A stretch of 64,000 bases of DNA, taken from Akkermansia sp. Its GTDB lineage: Bacteria; Verrucomicrobiota; Verrucomicrobiia; Verrucomicrobiales; Akkermansiaceae. The notes below the pieces were generated by a model. It was not told the DNA's origin, did not search any database, and saw only the letters and a list, made by a program, of their open reading frames with translations. Within the stretch, counting starts at the first letter, position 1; each line of letters begins with the position of its first letter. This document shows, piece after piece, positions 9,605 through 18,088 of the stretch. A program made the position numbers and the translations under genes. The stretch spans positions 41,174-105,173 of the forward strand of contig JAGBDZ010000043.1 of NCBI GenBank assembly GCA_017937215.1, written 5' to 3'.

Positions 9605-10549
9605 TCAGGGTGTCTTCTGCATCTCATCCAATTTCTGCTGCGCTCTGGCGTGGCCTTTTTCGGCGGCTTTTTTCAGCCATTTGGTGGCTTTGTCCTTGTT
9701 AGATTTGCAGCCGCGGCCATCCAGCAGCATGCAGCCCAGGCGGTAGCATGCCTCGGTGTTGTCCATGCGGGCGGCGCTCCAGTACCAGTCAAATGCCTTG
9801 TTCGCATCGGCCTGCACACCCAACCCGAGCTCGTAGCAGCGCCCCAGCTGCACCATGGCCGGTGCACTCAGGGCATCTGCTGCTTTCAACAGCAGTTGCA
9901 GGGCCTCCTCCTGTTTCCGCTCGGTGCCCACGCCGTGCAGCTTGCAGAACCCCAGCCAGAAGGTGGCATTCGGGTGGTGGGTGGCGGCGGCTTTTTCGAA
10001 AAGGATGGCGGCCTCGGCAAAGTTCTGCGCGCAGCCCACGCCTTGCAACCGGCAGAAGCCCAGACTGCACATGGCCTCAATATGCCCGGCGGCGGCAGAG
10101 CGCTCCAGCCAGGCGAGTCCCAGCTGCTCGCTTTTCTGCACGCCTTCGCCGCTGAGGTGAGCCATGCCCAGGCGGTACATGCCTTCCAGGTTCCCCTGGT
10201 GGGCCGCTTTGACCCACCAGCGGCAGGCCTCTGTATCGTTGCGCTCCACACCCTGGCCTTTTTTGTAGCACTCTGCCAGCAGGCACTGCGCATCGGCATG
10301 CCCCTGGTCGGCGGCTTTGCGCACCCAGTACAGACCCTTGTCTGTGGATTTTGTCACGCCGCTGCCGGTCAGGTAGCAACGCGCCAGCAGAAGCTGCGCG
10401 GCGGCATCGCCGGCCTCGGCGGCCTGTCGACTGTCTGCTGCCAGAGTGGCAATCTCCACGGCTTCTTCCACATCGGCTTCCGTCCATTCTTCCTGGGCGG
10501 GGAGCATGGGGCTGAACAGAAGCAGGACAATCAGGGTGCGGCGTATCAT
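9605..10549 (-). CDS. Sel1-repeat (SLR/TPR-like) protein, secreted
   Basis: Repeated ~36-aa units of the form GxGVxxxxxxAxxWxxKAAxQGxxxAxxxLGxxY; signal peptide. Confidence 0.85.
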   Translation of the reverse strand: MIRRTLIVLLLFSPMLPAQEEWTEADVEEAVEIATLAADSRQAAEAGDAAAQLLLARCYLTGSGVTKSTDKGLYWVRKAADQGHADAQCLLAECYKKGQGVERNDTEACRWWVKAAHQGNLEGMYRLGMAHLSGEGVQKSEQLGLAWLERSAAAGHIEAMCSLGFCRLQGVGCAQNFAEAAILFEKAAATHHPNATFWLGFCKLHGVGTERKQEEALQLLLKAADALSAPAMVQLGRCYELGLGVQADANKAFDWYWSAARMDNTEACYRLGCMLLDGRGCKSNKDKATKWLKKAAEKGHARAQQKLDEMQKTP

Positions 10550-10667
10550 ATGCTATACTGTAACTTCGACAAAACTCTAGCAGATTTTGTTGAATTTTAC
10601 AAGTGCGTTGACGCGGGATGGCGCGGTGCGCTTGACAGGCGGGGGGCTAAGTGGTAGAGTCGTGTGC

Positions 10668-11768
10668 ATGAGCAGTGAGAGTGCAGCGCGCGCGTGGGCA
10701 TGTGTGGATCTGGAAGCCATCGCGCATAATCTGGATATCGCCCGCCAGGCTCTGCCGGATACGGAGCTGATGCCGGTGGTGAAGGCCGGGGCCTATGGCC
10801 ATGGCCTGGAGCCGGTGGCCCGCCGTCTGGATAATCACGGTATTTCTTTCTTTGGCGTGGCAAATGTGGGCGAGGCCCGCCGCTTGCAGCGTGCCGGAGT
10901 GCGCACCACTCCCTTCATTCTGGGGCCCACCTTCCCGGAGGAGCGCGAGGAAATTGTGCAGAACGGCTGGTGCTGCACCATCTCCACGGTGGAGGAAGCC
11001 GCTCACTTCCAGAGTCTCGCGGCTCTCTATGAGAAGGAAATTGCCCTGCATGTGGCGGTGGATACCGGCATGGGCCGCGAGGGCTTTCTGCCGTCCCAGC
11101 TTGCAGAAGCCGCTGCGCAGATGAAGACCATGCCGAATCTCCGCATCGAGGGTATCATGTCGCATTTCCCCGCAGCGGATGAGGATGTGCCATTCACGCA
11201 GGATGAAATCGGTCTCTTCACAGATTGTGCCCAAACGCTGCAACAGCATTTTGACCTGCGCTATCGCCACATTGCGGCCAGTGCAGGGGAGCTGGGTTAT
11301 GAGGTGCCGGTGGCGAATCTGGCGCGCCCCGGTCTGTTGCTCTACGGAGTGGCGCCCATGGCTTCTATTTATGATGGTGTGCTGCGCCCCACGCTGAGCC
11401 TGCATGCTCGTGTGACCCTGGTGCGTGAGCTGCCCGCCGGCCACGGCGTTTCCTATGGCCGCACCCATATCACCAGCGCCCCCACCCGCGTGGCGACTAT
11501 CGGTATCGGTTATGCGGATGGCTGGAACCGCCAGATTTCCAATAAGGGCGCGCGTGTCTACATCAACGGGCACTACTGCCCCATGCTCGGCCGCGTGACC
11601 ATGGACCAGATTATGGCGGATGTGACCGCCGTGCCCGAGGTGAAATCCGGTGATGAGGTGGAGCTGTTCGGCACCCACATTCCCGTGACTGAGGTGGCAG
11701 AGAAAGCCGGCACCATCGTCTGGGAAATATTCACTGGCCTGGGCCCGCGCCTCCCCCGCATGTATTGA
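10668..11768 (+). CDS. alr: Alanine racemase
   Basis: VVKAGAYGHG PLP-lysine motif, VDTGMGREGF, SHFPAAD, GIGYADGW, VTMDQIM; ATG at 10668 preferred to the upstream alternative start. Confidence 0.9.
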   Translation: MSSESAARAWACVDLEAIAHNLDIARQALPDTELMPVVKAGAYGHGLEPVARRLDNHGISFFGVANVGEARRLQRAGVRTTPFILGPTFPEEREEIVQNGWCCTISTVEEAAHFQSLAALYEKEIALHVAVDTGMGREGFLPSQLAEAAAQMKTMPNLRIEGIMSHFPAADEDVPFTQDEIGLFTDCAQTLQQHFDLRYRHIAASAGELGYEVPVANLARPGLLLYGVAPMASIYDGVLRPTLSLHARVTLVRELPAGHGVSYGRTHITSAPTRVATIGIGYADGWNRQISNKGARVYINGHYCPMLGRVTMDQIMADVTAVPEVKSGDEVELFGTHIPVTEVAEKAGTIVWEIFTGLGPRLPRMY

Positions 11769-11777
11769 TGCAGCGGC

Positions 11778-12239
11778 TTATGGCAAGGGCAAATCCTTGC
11801 GGCGAACCCACTGCTCGCCGCCATTGCCGGTCAGGTAATCAAACACCTGCTCCCACCATTTTTTCGGGGGCTGGGGTGATATTTCGTAGTACGGCTGCCC
11901 GGCCAAGTCGGGTGGGTACAGTATATTGGAGCCGAAATGAAGTTCGAAGCCGTACTCCCAGGTGATTCCCGCGATGGCTAGTAAATCGTTCAGCTCATCG
12001 TGTAGCTGCCGGGGTGTCAGAAAATCCCAGATGAATTCACCATCTCCTTCAAATTGGAAAAAGATGTGGGCATTTTCATCGATGTCGAGGCTGTCTTCCT
12101 CCCACCACTCGACCACATAGCGGATCGCCCCGGAGCGGAGCATTTCTTCCAGTTCCGGCCGGTGCTGGCGAAAGAGCTCCATCGCCTGCCGCGCTGCAGG
12201 GCAGATTTCCTGTTCGTTTCCTTGAATGCTCCCAGCCAT
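11778..12239 (-). CDS. Hypothetical acidic cytoplasmic protein
   Basis: ORF 11778-12287; Met at 12239 (MAGSIQGNEQ); no recognisable domain. Confidence 0.45.
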   Translation of the reverse strand: MAGSIQGNEQEICPAARQAMELFRQHRPELEEMLRSGAIRYVVEWWEEDSLDIDENAHIFFQFEGDGEFIWDFLTPRQLHDELNDLLAIAGITWEYGFELHFGSNILYPPDLAGQPYYEISPQPPKKWWEQVFDYLTGNGGEQWVRRKDLPLP

Positions 12240-12332
12240 GAACTTCTGGCGAATTGTACAACGGAAAATCGCTGCGCACAAGCTCAATCATTGAACAGGG
12301 AGAGCGGCGGTGACATCTGACATGTTAGACTT

Positions 12333-12788
12333 ATGCAGCAAAAGACTTCTATCACAGCAACCTTCATCAGTATTCTGCTGGTGGCGAATTGTGCCTGGCT
12401 GCTGGTGCTGGCGCTTACTTTCCTATATGCCCTGGCGGAAGAGTTGTTCTCGCTGCCGGGGGAGTTTGTGGGCTCAGTTCCGGGGTTGCTGATGGGGATA
12501 GGCAGCACGCTGTTGATAGTGTATGTGCTCTGGCTGGCGGTGCTTGCGTTGCTGGGGCTCTCCGCCCTGGTGGAGAATAAGGTGAATACCCTGCGCTGGA
12601 GGTATCTCTGGCCCGCTGCGGGGGTGTGGGAGCTGGCTTTCCTGCTGCTGATGCTTGCGTTTCTGGGCGCTTGTATGCCTGGTGACCCCCGGTGGTGGGA
12701 ATGGGCTCTCACTGCGCTTTCCGGCCTTGTCGGGCTGGCCTCAGCATTCATGGCGGTTCGTTGTTACCGCCGGTTCTGTGTGCGCTGA
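12333..12788 (+). CDS. Hypothetical membrane protein (about 4 TM segments)
   Basis: 151-aa ORF with four hydrophobic stretches. Confidence 0.5.
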   Translation: MQQKTSITATFISILLVANCAWLLVLALTFLYALAEELFSLPGEFVGSVPGLLMGIGSTLLIVYVLWLAVLALLGLSALVENKVNTLRWRYLWPAAGVWELAFLLLMLAFLGACMPGDPRWWEWALTALSGLVGLASAFMAVRCYRRFCVR

Positions 12789-12848
12789 TGCTGCTTCCCG
12801 ATTGATGCCTTATCGGGCAGGATATCCGCGAGCCGGTGTGCGTGGACT

Positions 12849-15800
12849 TTACATGCTCTGGAGTAATCGCAGAGCCTCGTGGAGCTTGTCGTGCGGGCGG
12901 ATTTTCTGGAGGCGGGGGAAGCGCTTGTTATCCAGAATGTAATCGTTGTTGCGGGTGAGCATGAGTTTCTGCCCGCTGATTTCCACATTGGAGATATTGC
13001 GGCGCGTGGCAAGGATACGGATTTTGTGCACGGTGAGCAGGTGGCTCACCTCGCGGGGCATGGGACCGAAACGGTCGCGCCACTGGCGGTCCAGGTCGTC
13101 CACATCGTCCACCGTGCAGGCGCGTGCCAGCTGGGTGTATGCTTCCATGCGCGCCTTGGTCGATTCCATGTAGCTGGCGGGCAGGTAGGCGCCGAGCATC
13201 TTATCGGCATCGGCGCGGGTGGCCATGCTGGCTTCGCTCAGGCAGATGAAGTCCGCCTTGAAGGTGGCCTCGGCGCGGATGGTGGGCACCTTGCCCTGCA
13301 TGCGTTCAATGGACTGGCGGAGTAACTGACAGTACAGTTCGAAACCGATGGCCGCAATGTGGCCGCTCTGCTGGGTGCCTAAAAGGTTTCCTGCGCCGCG
13401 GATTTCGAGGTCGCGCATGGCAATCTTGAAGCCGCTGCCCAGCTCGGTATATTGTTTGATGGCCGAGACTCGCTTGCGGGCATCGCCGGTGCAGAGCGCC
13501 TGGCGCGGCAGCAGCAGGTAGGCATAGGCGCGGTGGCCGCCACGCCCCACGCGCCCGCGCAGCTGGTACAGATCAGCCAGACCGAAGCGGTCTGCGCGGT
13601 CGATGATGATGGTATTGGCGTTCGGAATGTCGATACCGCTTTCGATGATGCTGGTGGCCAGGAGCACATCGGCTTTGCCATCCACGAAATCGCGCATGAT
13701 AAGCTCCAGCTCGCCCTTGTCCATCTGGCCATGGCCGACTACGATGCGGGCCTTGGGTACGAGGCGCTGGAGCTCGTCCTTCATCTTCATGATGCTCTGC
13801 ACGCGGTTGTGCAGGAAGAAGACCTGCCCATTGCGGGCAAGCTCGCGCTCAATGGCATCGGCAATGAGTTTTTCGTTGTACGGGCATACCGCGGTCTGCA
13901 CCGGCAGGCGGTTCAGCGGCGGGGTTTCGATGGTGCTCATATCGCGCGCGCCCATGAGCGCCACGTAGAGTGTGCGGGGGATGGGGGTGGCGGAGAGGGT
14001 GAGCATATCCACCATGCGGAACATGCGTTTGAACTGCTCCTTGTGCCGCACACCGAAGCGCTGCTCCTCATCGATGACGGCCAGTCCCAGGTTCTTGAAG
14101 CTGATATCCTTGGAAATGACGCGGTGGGTTCCGATGACAATATCCACCGAGCCATCCGCAATCCCCGCCACGATTTCCTTGATTTTCTTAGCGGGTGTAA
14201 AGCGGCTGAGCAACTCGATGCGCACCGGATATTCACTCATGCGCGCGCGGAAGGTGCGGTAATGCTGCGCGGCCAGCACTGTGGTGGGGGCCAGAATGGC
14301 GGCCTGCTTGCCGCCGGTCACGCATTTGAACGCTGCGCGGATGGCCACCTCCGTCTTGCCGAAGCCCACGTCGCCGCAGATGAGTCGGTCCATGGGCCGC
14401 CCGCTTTCCATATCCGCCTTGGTCTGGGATATCGCGCGTAACTGGTCCGGTGTTTCCCGGTAGGGAAAGCTGGATTCAAACTGCCACATCCAGCCCGAGT
14501 CTGCCGGATGCGCGTAGCCGGAGTTGCTTTCGCGCTCTGCCTGAACCTCCAGCAGCTGGGCGGCGTAGTCCTGCACCGCCTTCTCTGCTGCCTGACAGGC
14601 TCGCCGCCAGCGTGCGTCGCCCAGCTTGCTTAATTCAGGTGTTTTAGCACCTAATCCTACGTATTTAGACACCAGGTGGCTCTGCTGCAGCGGAATGCGT
14701 AGCAGTACACCGTCTGCGTACTTGATGTGAATCTCCTCCTCGCCGCTCTTGTCATCGCGCACAATGCCGGAAAATTTGCCGAGGCCGTGTGAGGCATGGA
14801 TGACGAAATCGCCCTCTTCAATTTCACGCAGTGGGGCCTGGGCACGCTCACGACGCATGCGGTCGGTGCGGTCGTCCTGCTTGCGGCTGCGGGGCGCAGA
14901 GTAACGGCCGAAGATTTCCGCAGCGGAGAGAATGGCCAGTTTTGCGCCGGGGATGGAGAATCCCAGGGGGAGGTCACCATCGCGGCTCTGCACGCCGGAC
15001 CAGGCATCATCCTCGCCGCAGATTTCCTCGAAGCGTTCCTTTTCACCCTCGTGGGGGAAGAACATGACCACGCGCCATTTCTGCTCGCGCCATTTGCGCA
15101 GCTCCATGCCGGCCAGCTGGCGGCGGGCTTCCTGCATCACGAAGTCGCCTGTTTCGAAACTGCCCAGCGGAGTGCCGAACATGGCGGTATTGTCGCCGGC
15201 GTTCACCGTGTCGATATCCGGCAGCACCTCATCGCGGTCGGGCGGCAGCTCATAAACGAGCACATGTCCCGGAACGCCGCAGCCGGGGAGGCTCACTACC
15301 CAGTCATCCTTGGTAATCCATTCGGCCAGTGGTTTGTCGGCCTCCGGTTCATCCAGCACCAGGTCGGCAGATTCCAGCTTCTTGAAGGAGAGCTGGGAAT
15401 CGATATCGAACGCACGGATGCTTTCTACCTCATCGCCAAAGAATTCAATGCGCAGCGGCCAGGCAGATTGCAGGGGAAAGACATCCAGAATGCCGCCGCG
15501 GAGACTCCACTCACCGCGGCCGGTCACTTGCTCCACTCGCTCGAAATCGTGGTCGAGCAGGGCGGTGCACACGTCATCCAGCGGGTATTCGCCTTCCACT
15601 CGCAGGGTGAGGGTGAAGCCGCCGCCTGCGGCAAAACTGGGGGCCGCCTGCTGCAGCGCTGCTGCGGTGACGATGACCGCCTGTGTCTCCTTTGCCGGAC
15701 CTGAGATGGCGCGGAGGGCCTCCAGACGCTCGGCGGCCAGGTCGGGGTCGGAGATACCGTTGTTGATGTGGATTTCCTGCTCCGGCACAAAGACAGCCTG

Positions 15801-16046
15801 CGGCCCCTGCCAGAGGTTCCACTCCGCCGCCAGGCGTTCCTGCACGGGCAGGGCATCAGCCACCACCCAGACGCGGCGCGGGGAATCGGAAGCAGCTGCC
15901 ACCATGGCCGCCACAAAGGAAAAGGCAGCCGGGCTCACGCGTTCCAGCACCATCGGCTCATCTTTCGAGGCGCTGCGGCGCAGCCTCTCCAGCTCCCCGG
16001 CAAAGGCAGGGGATTTCGCAACAATCTCTGTGAGCGGCTTCGCCAC
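12849..16046 (-). CDS. mfd: Transcription-repair coupling factor
   Basis: 1065 aa; CarD/RID-like region, DVGFGKTEVA (Walker A), VIDEEQRFGV (DEEQ box), C-terminal TRCF domain. Confidence 0.95.
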   Translation of the reverse strand: MAKPLTEIVAKSPAFAGELERLRRSASKDEPMVLERVSPAAFSFVAAMVAAASDSPRRVWVVADALPVQERLAAEWNLWQGPQAVFVPEQEIHINNGISDPDLAAERLEALRAISGPAKETQAVIVTAAALQQAAPSFAAGGGFTLTLRVEGEYPLDDVCTALLDHDFERVEQVTGRGEWSLRGGILDVFPLQSAWPLRIEFFGDEVESIRAFDIDSQLSFKKLESADLVLDEPEADKPLAEWITKDDWVVSLPGCGVPGHVLVYELPPDRDEVLPDIDTVNAGDNTAMFGTPLGSFETGDFVMQEARRQLAGMELRKWREQKWRVVMFFPHEGEKERFEEICGEDDAWSGVQSRDGDLPLGFSIPGAKLAILSAAEIFGRYSAPRSRKQDDRTDRMRRERAQAPLREIEEGDFVIHASHGLGKFSGIVRDDKSGEEEIHIKYADGVLLRIPLQQSHLVSKYVGLGAKTPELSKLGDARWRRACQAAEKAVQDYAAQLLEVQAERESNSGYAHPADSGWMWQFESSFPYRETPDQLRAISQTKADMESGRPMDRLICGDVGFGKTEVAIRAAFKCVTGGKQAAILAPTTVLAAQHYRTFRARMSEYPVRIELLSRFTPAKKIKEIVAGIADGSVDIVIGTHRVISKDISFKNLGLAVIDEEQRFGVRHKEQFKRMFRMVDMLTLSATPIPRTLYVALMGARDMSTIETPPLNRLPVQTAVCPYNEKLIADAIERELARNGQVFFLHNRVQSIMKMKDELQRLVPKARIVVGHGQMDKGELELIMRDFVDGKADVLLATSIIESGIDIPNANTIIIDRADRFGLADLYQLRGRVGRGGHRAYAYLLLPRQALCTGDARKRVSAIKQYTELGSGFKIAMRDLEIRGAGNLLGTQQSGHIAAIGFELYCQLLRQSIERMQGKVPTIRAEATFKADFICLSEASMATRADADKMLGAYLPASYMESTKARMEAYTQLARACTVDDVDDLDRQWRDRFGPMPREVSHLLTVHKIRILATRRNISNVEISGQKLMLTRNNDYILDNKRFPRLQKIRPHDKLHEALRLLQSM

Positions 16047-16134
16047 GTGCGCTTATCGTAGCAGCTGACTCGCCATATGTCAAATAAAAGCTTGCCAAGG
16101 CTTGGGGCGGGTGGTAGGATAGGCGCGCATTACT

Positions 16135-16208
16135 GCTCCGGTAGCTCAGTTGGATAGAGCACGAGCCTTCTAAGCTTGGGGTCCCGCGTTCGAGCCGCGG
16201 CCGGAGCG
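16135..16208 (+). tRNA. tRNA-Arg (anticodon TCT)
   Basis: Manual cloverleaf: acceptor GCTCCGG/CCGGAGC, D arm GCTC-AGTTGGATA-GAGC, anticodon arm CGAGC-CTTCTAA-GCTTG, T arm CCGCG-TTCGAGC-CGCGG. Confidence 0.9.
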
Positions 16209-16222
16209 GAACAGTAAAAAGG

Positions 16223-16255
16223 CCCTGCGCACTTCGCTGCGCAGGGTCTTTGTTT
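16223..16255 (+). terminator. Rho-independent terminator after tRNA-Arg
   Basis: CCCTGCGCA-loop-TGCGCAGGG hairpin followed by TCTTTGTTT. Confidence 0.6.
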
Positions 16256-16306
16256 GATAGGCGTTGCCAGTCCCGGAGATATGTGGTATAAGGGTGCGAC
16301 GCGGAT

Positions 16307-17104
16307 ATGATGAGGAGTCTTGTTATTACATTATGTTGTGCTTTCGTGTGCGGGGTGCCGCTGCAGGCCGCCACTCTGTGGGCTGCCGGAGTTTCGGGTG
16401 AGACCGGGTGGTATGATTTCAACAAGACCTTCAAGCGCGGTGATTCCGGGGATGACTTGCTCTGCTGGGCGGTGGCTGCCTCCAATCTGCTGGCCTGGTG
16501 GCAGGACCAGAATGCGAAGCTCGTGCCCCAGGGCACACCCACTGGAGAGAAGGTGTGGTCCACCTTCCAGGAAGCATTTGAAAACGAAGGAAGCGACCCC
16601 GACCAGGGAATCCGCTGGTGGTTCAGCGGGCAGTATGTGCAGCAGAATCCCGGCGGTGGTTTGCGCTGTGCCGCAATACGCAATGAGGCGCTCGGCGGTT
16701 TTTACCGCGGCGCAGGCCTTGAGCCGGAGCAGTTGCTGTACAATGGCCGAGGCTCGGATGTGACCGCCGATTCACTCACGGCTGTGCTGCTCCGTGGTTT
16801 CGGCAGGGGAGATGCCTTCTGGCTGGGCGCCTCCTGCCGCCGCCCGAATGGCAGCCGCTTCATGCATTCCATCAATGTGTGGGGCATTGATGTGGAAACG
16901 GGGGCAGATGGCCAGCCGCAGATAACTGCCATCTACATGTGCGATTCCGATGACCGCACCCGCCAGCTCCACCGCATCCCGATTCAGCGGGAGCAGGGAA
17001 TGCTGGCCTTTCATTGCCCGGAGCATCCCCTGTATGGCCGCCTGGGCCTGGTGACCCTTGATACCTATACCGGTATGCGGGTGCAGCCCGTGGAGCGCAA
17101 TTGA
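16307..17104 (+). CDS. IdeS/Mac-1 family (peptidase C66) cysteine endopeptidase homolog, secreted
   Basis: GWYDFNKTF..GDDLLCWAVAASNLLAWWQDQN matches S. pyogenes IdeS GWYDITKTFNGKDDLLCGAATAGNMLHWWFDQN (catalytic Cys). HSINVWGID...AIYMCDSDD matches HVINLWGADF...AIYVTDSDS (catalytic His/Asp). Signal peptide present. Confidence 0.8.
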   Translation: MMRSLVITLCCAFVCGVPLQAATLWAAGVSGETGWYDFNKTFKRGDSGDDLLCWAVAASNLLAWWQDQNAKLVPQGTPTGEKVWSTFQEAFENEGSDPDQGIRWWFSGQYVQQNPGGGLRCAAIRNEALGGFYRGAGLEPEQLLYNGRGSDVTADSLTAVLLRGFGRGDAFWLGASCRRPNGSRFMHSINVWGIDVETGADGQPQITAIYMCDSDDRTRQLHRIPIQREQGMLAFHCPEHPLYGRLGLVTLDTYTGMRVQPVERN

Positions 17105-17108
17105 TGCC

Positions 17109-17861
17109 TCAGGGCAGGTTCCAGCTCTTGCGGCGGCGGGCGTATTCGCTGCGGGGCAGGAGGATGTAGACCGGCTTGCGGTCGGCGCGCAGGCGTGCGA
17201 TGAATTGGCGCAGGTGCTGCTCATTCATGCTGGTGCAGCCGGCGGTGGGGGCAGCGCCGTCCCGCCGCCAGATGTGGAAGAAGATGGAGGAGCCGGAGCC
17301 CACAATGGGTTTGCCCACGCTCTCGGGTGTGTTGTGATGCACCAGCAGCTTGATGCTGTGCGGGTAATCTGTCTGGCGCATCTGCTCATGCAGCTCCCAG
17401 GGAGTGGTGGCGGGATGGTCCAGCCGCAGGTGGCGGTTGTAGAGATGCGGCAGCCGCGGGTCGCTTATCCATAAATCATTCGGTCCTACCTGCACATAGG
17501 GAATGGCGGGATCATGCTGCACCGGGGTGGGGTTGTTCACCCAGAGCCCGCCCAGGGAGAAGATTCCGGCGGGGGAGCGGCCGTCGCCCTCTTTCTTGAT
17601 GGTGGCACCGGTGGGGTTGCTGTGCATGCCCAGCCCCCACACGCAGCCGTTGCGGCCCAGGCGGCCGGGGTAGGGCCCCAGCACCCGCTGCCATTTGCCG
17701 GCGGCGTTCTTTTCCACCAGGGTGAGGGTCACATGGGAAGAGTTCCAGTCATCCGCTATGCCCACAATGGCCTGGGTACTGGCCGGGGGTAACTGGGAGC
17801 AGGCCGTGAGCCCCAGCAGGCAGAAACAGAGCAGAAACAGCAGTGTCAATCGGGTGTGCAC
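17109..17861 (-). CDS. L,D-transpeptidase catalytic-domain family lipoprotein (YkuD-like)
   Basis: GTG start; lipobox LTACS; EGDGRSPAGIF and SSIFFHIW...PTAGCTSM (His...Cys catalytic pattern). Confidence 0.7.
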   Translation of the reverse strand: MHTRLTLLFLLCFCLLGLTACSQLPPASTQAIVGIADDWNSSHVTLTLVEKNAAGKWQRVLGPYPGRLGRNGCVWGLGMHSNPTGATIKKEGDGRSPAGIFSLGGLWVNNPTPVQHDPAIPYVQVGPNDLWISDPRLPHLYNRHLRLDHPATTPWELHEQMRQTDYPHSIKLLVHHNTPESVGKPIVGSGSSIFFHIWRRDGAAPTAGCTSMNEQHLRQFIARLRADRKPVYILLPRSEYARRRKSWNLP

Positions 17862-17977
17862 TCACCCAGCATAGCTTTTGCCCGCAAATTTGGCAAGACC
17901 ACCGGGCGTCAGCGCTGCAAAATACGCCGAATTCGGCTAAAAATAAGGAAAAAAGCTAAAAAACTTCAGCTGACATC

Positions 17978-18006
17978 TTGAAAAATATCTTTTAGTATGC
18001 TAATAT
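17978..18006 (+). promoter_or_regulatory. Sigma70-type promoter TTGAAA-17-TAATAT upstream of SNF2 helicase gene
   Basis: Hexamers at 17978-17983 and 18001-18006, 83 nt upstream of the ATG. Confidence 0.4.
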
Positions 18007-18088
18007 TCCACCATGCACGCGTTGCGCGCGGTGAGGTGGACTGTATACTCCCGCCTGGCGCAAGCGTACCAAATCTCCCATCATCATT

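Noticed and set aside
15958-16683. 241-aa minus-strand ORF spanning the mfd upstream region, tRNA-Arg and the start of the IdeS-like gene
   Set aside because: It overlaps a well-folded tRNA and a terminator, and its translation has no protein-like features.
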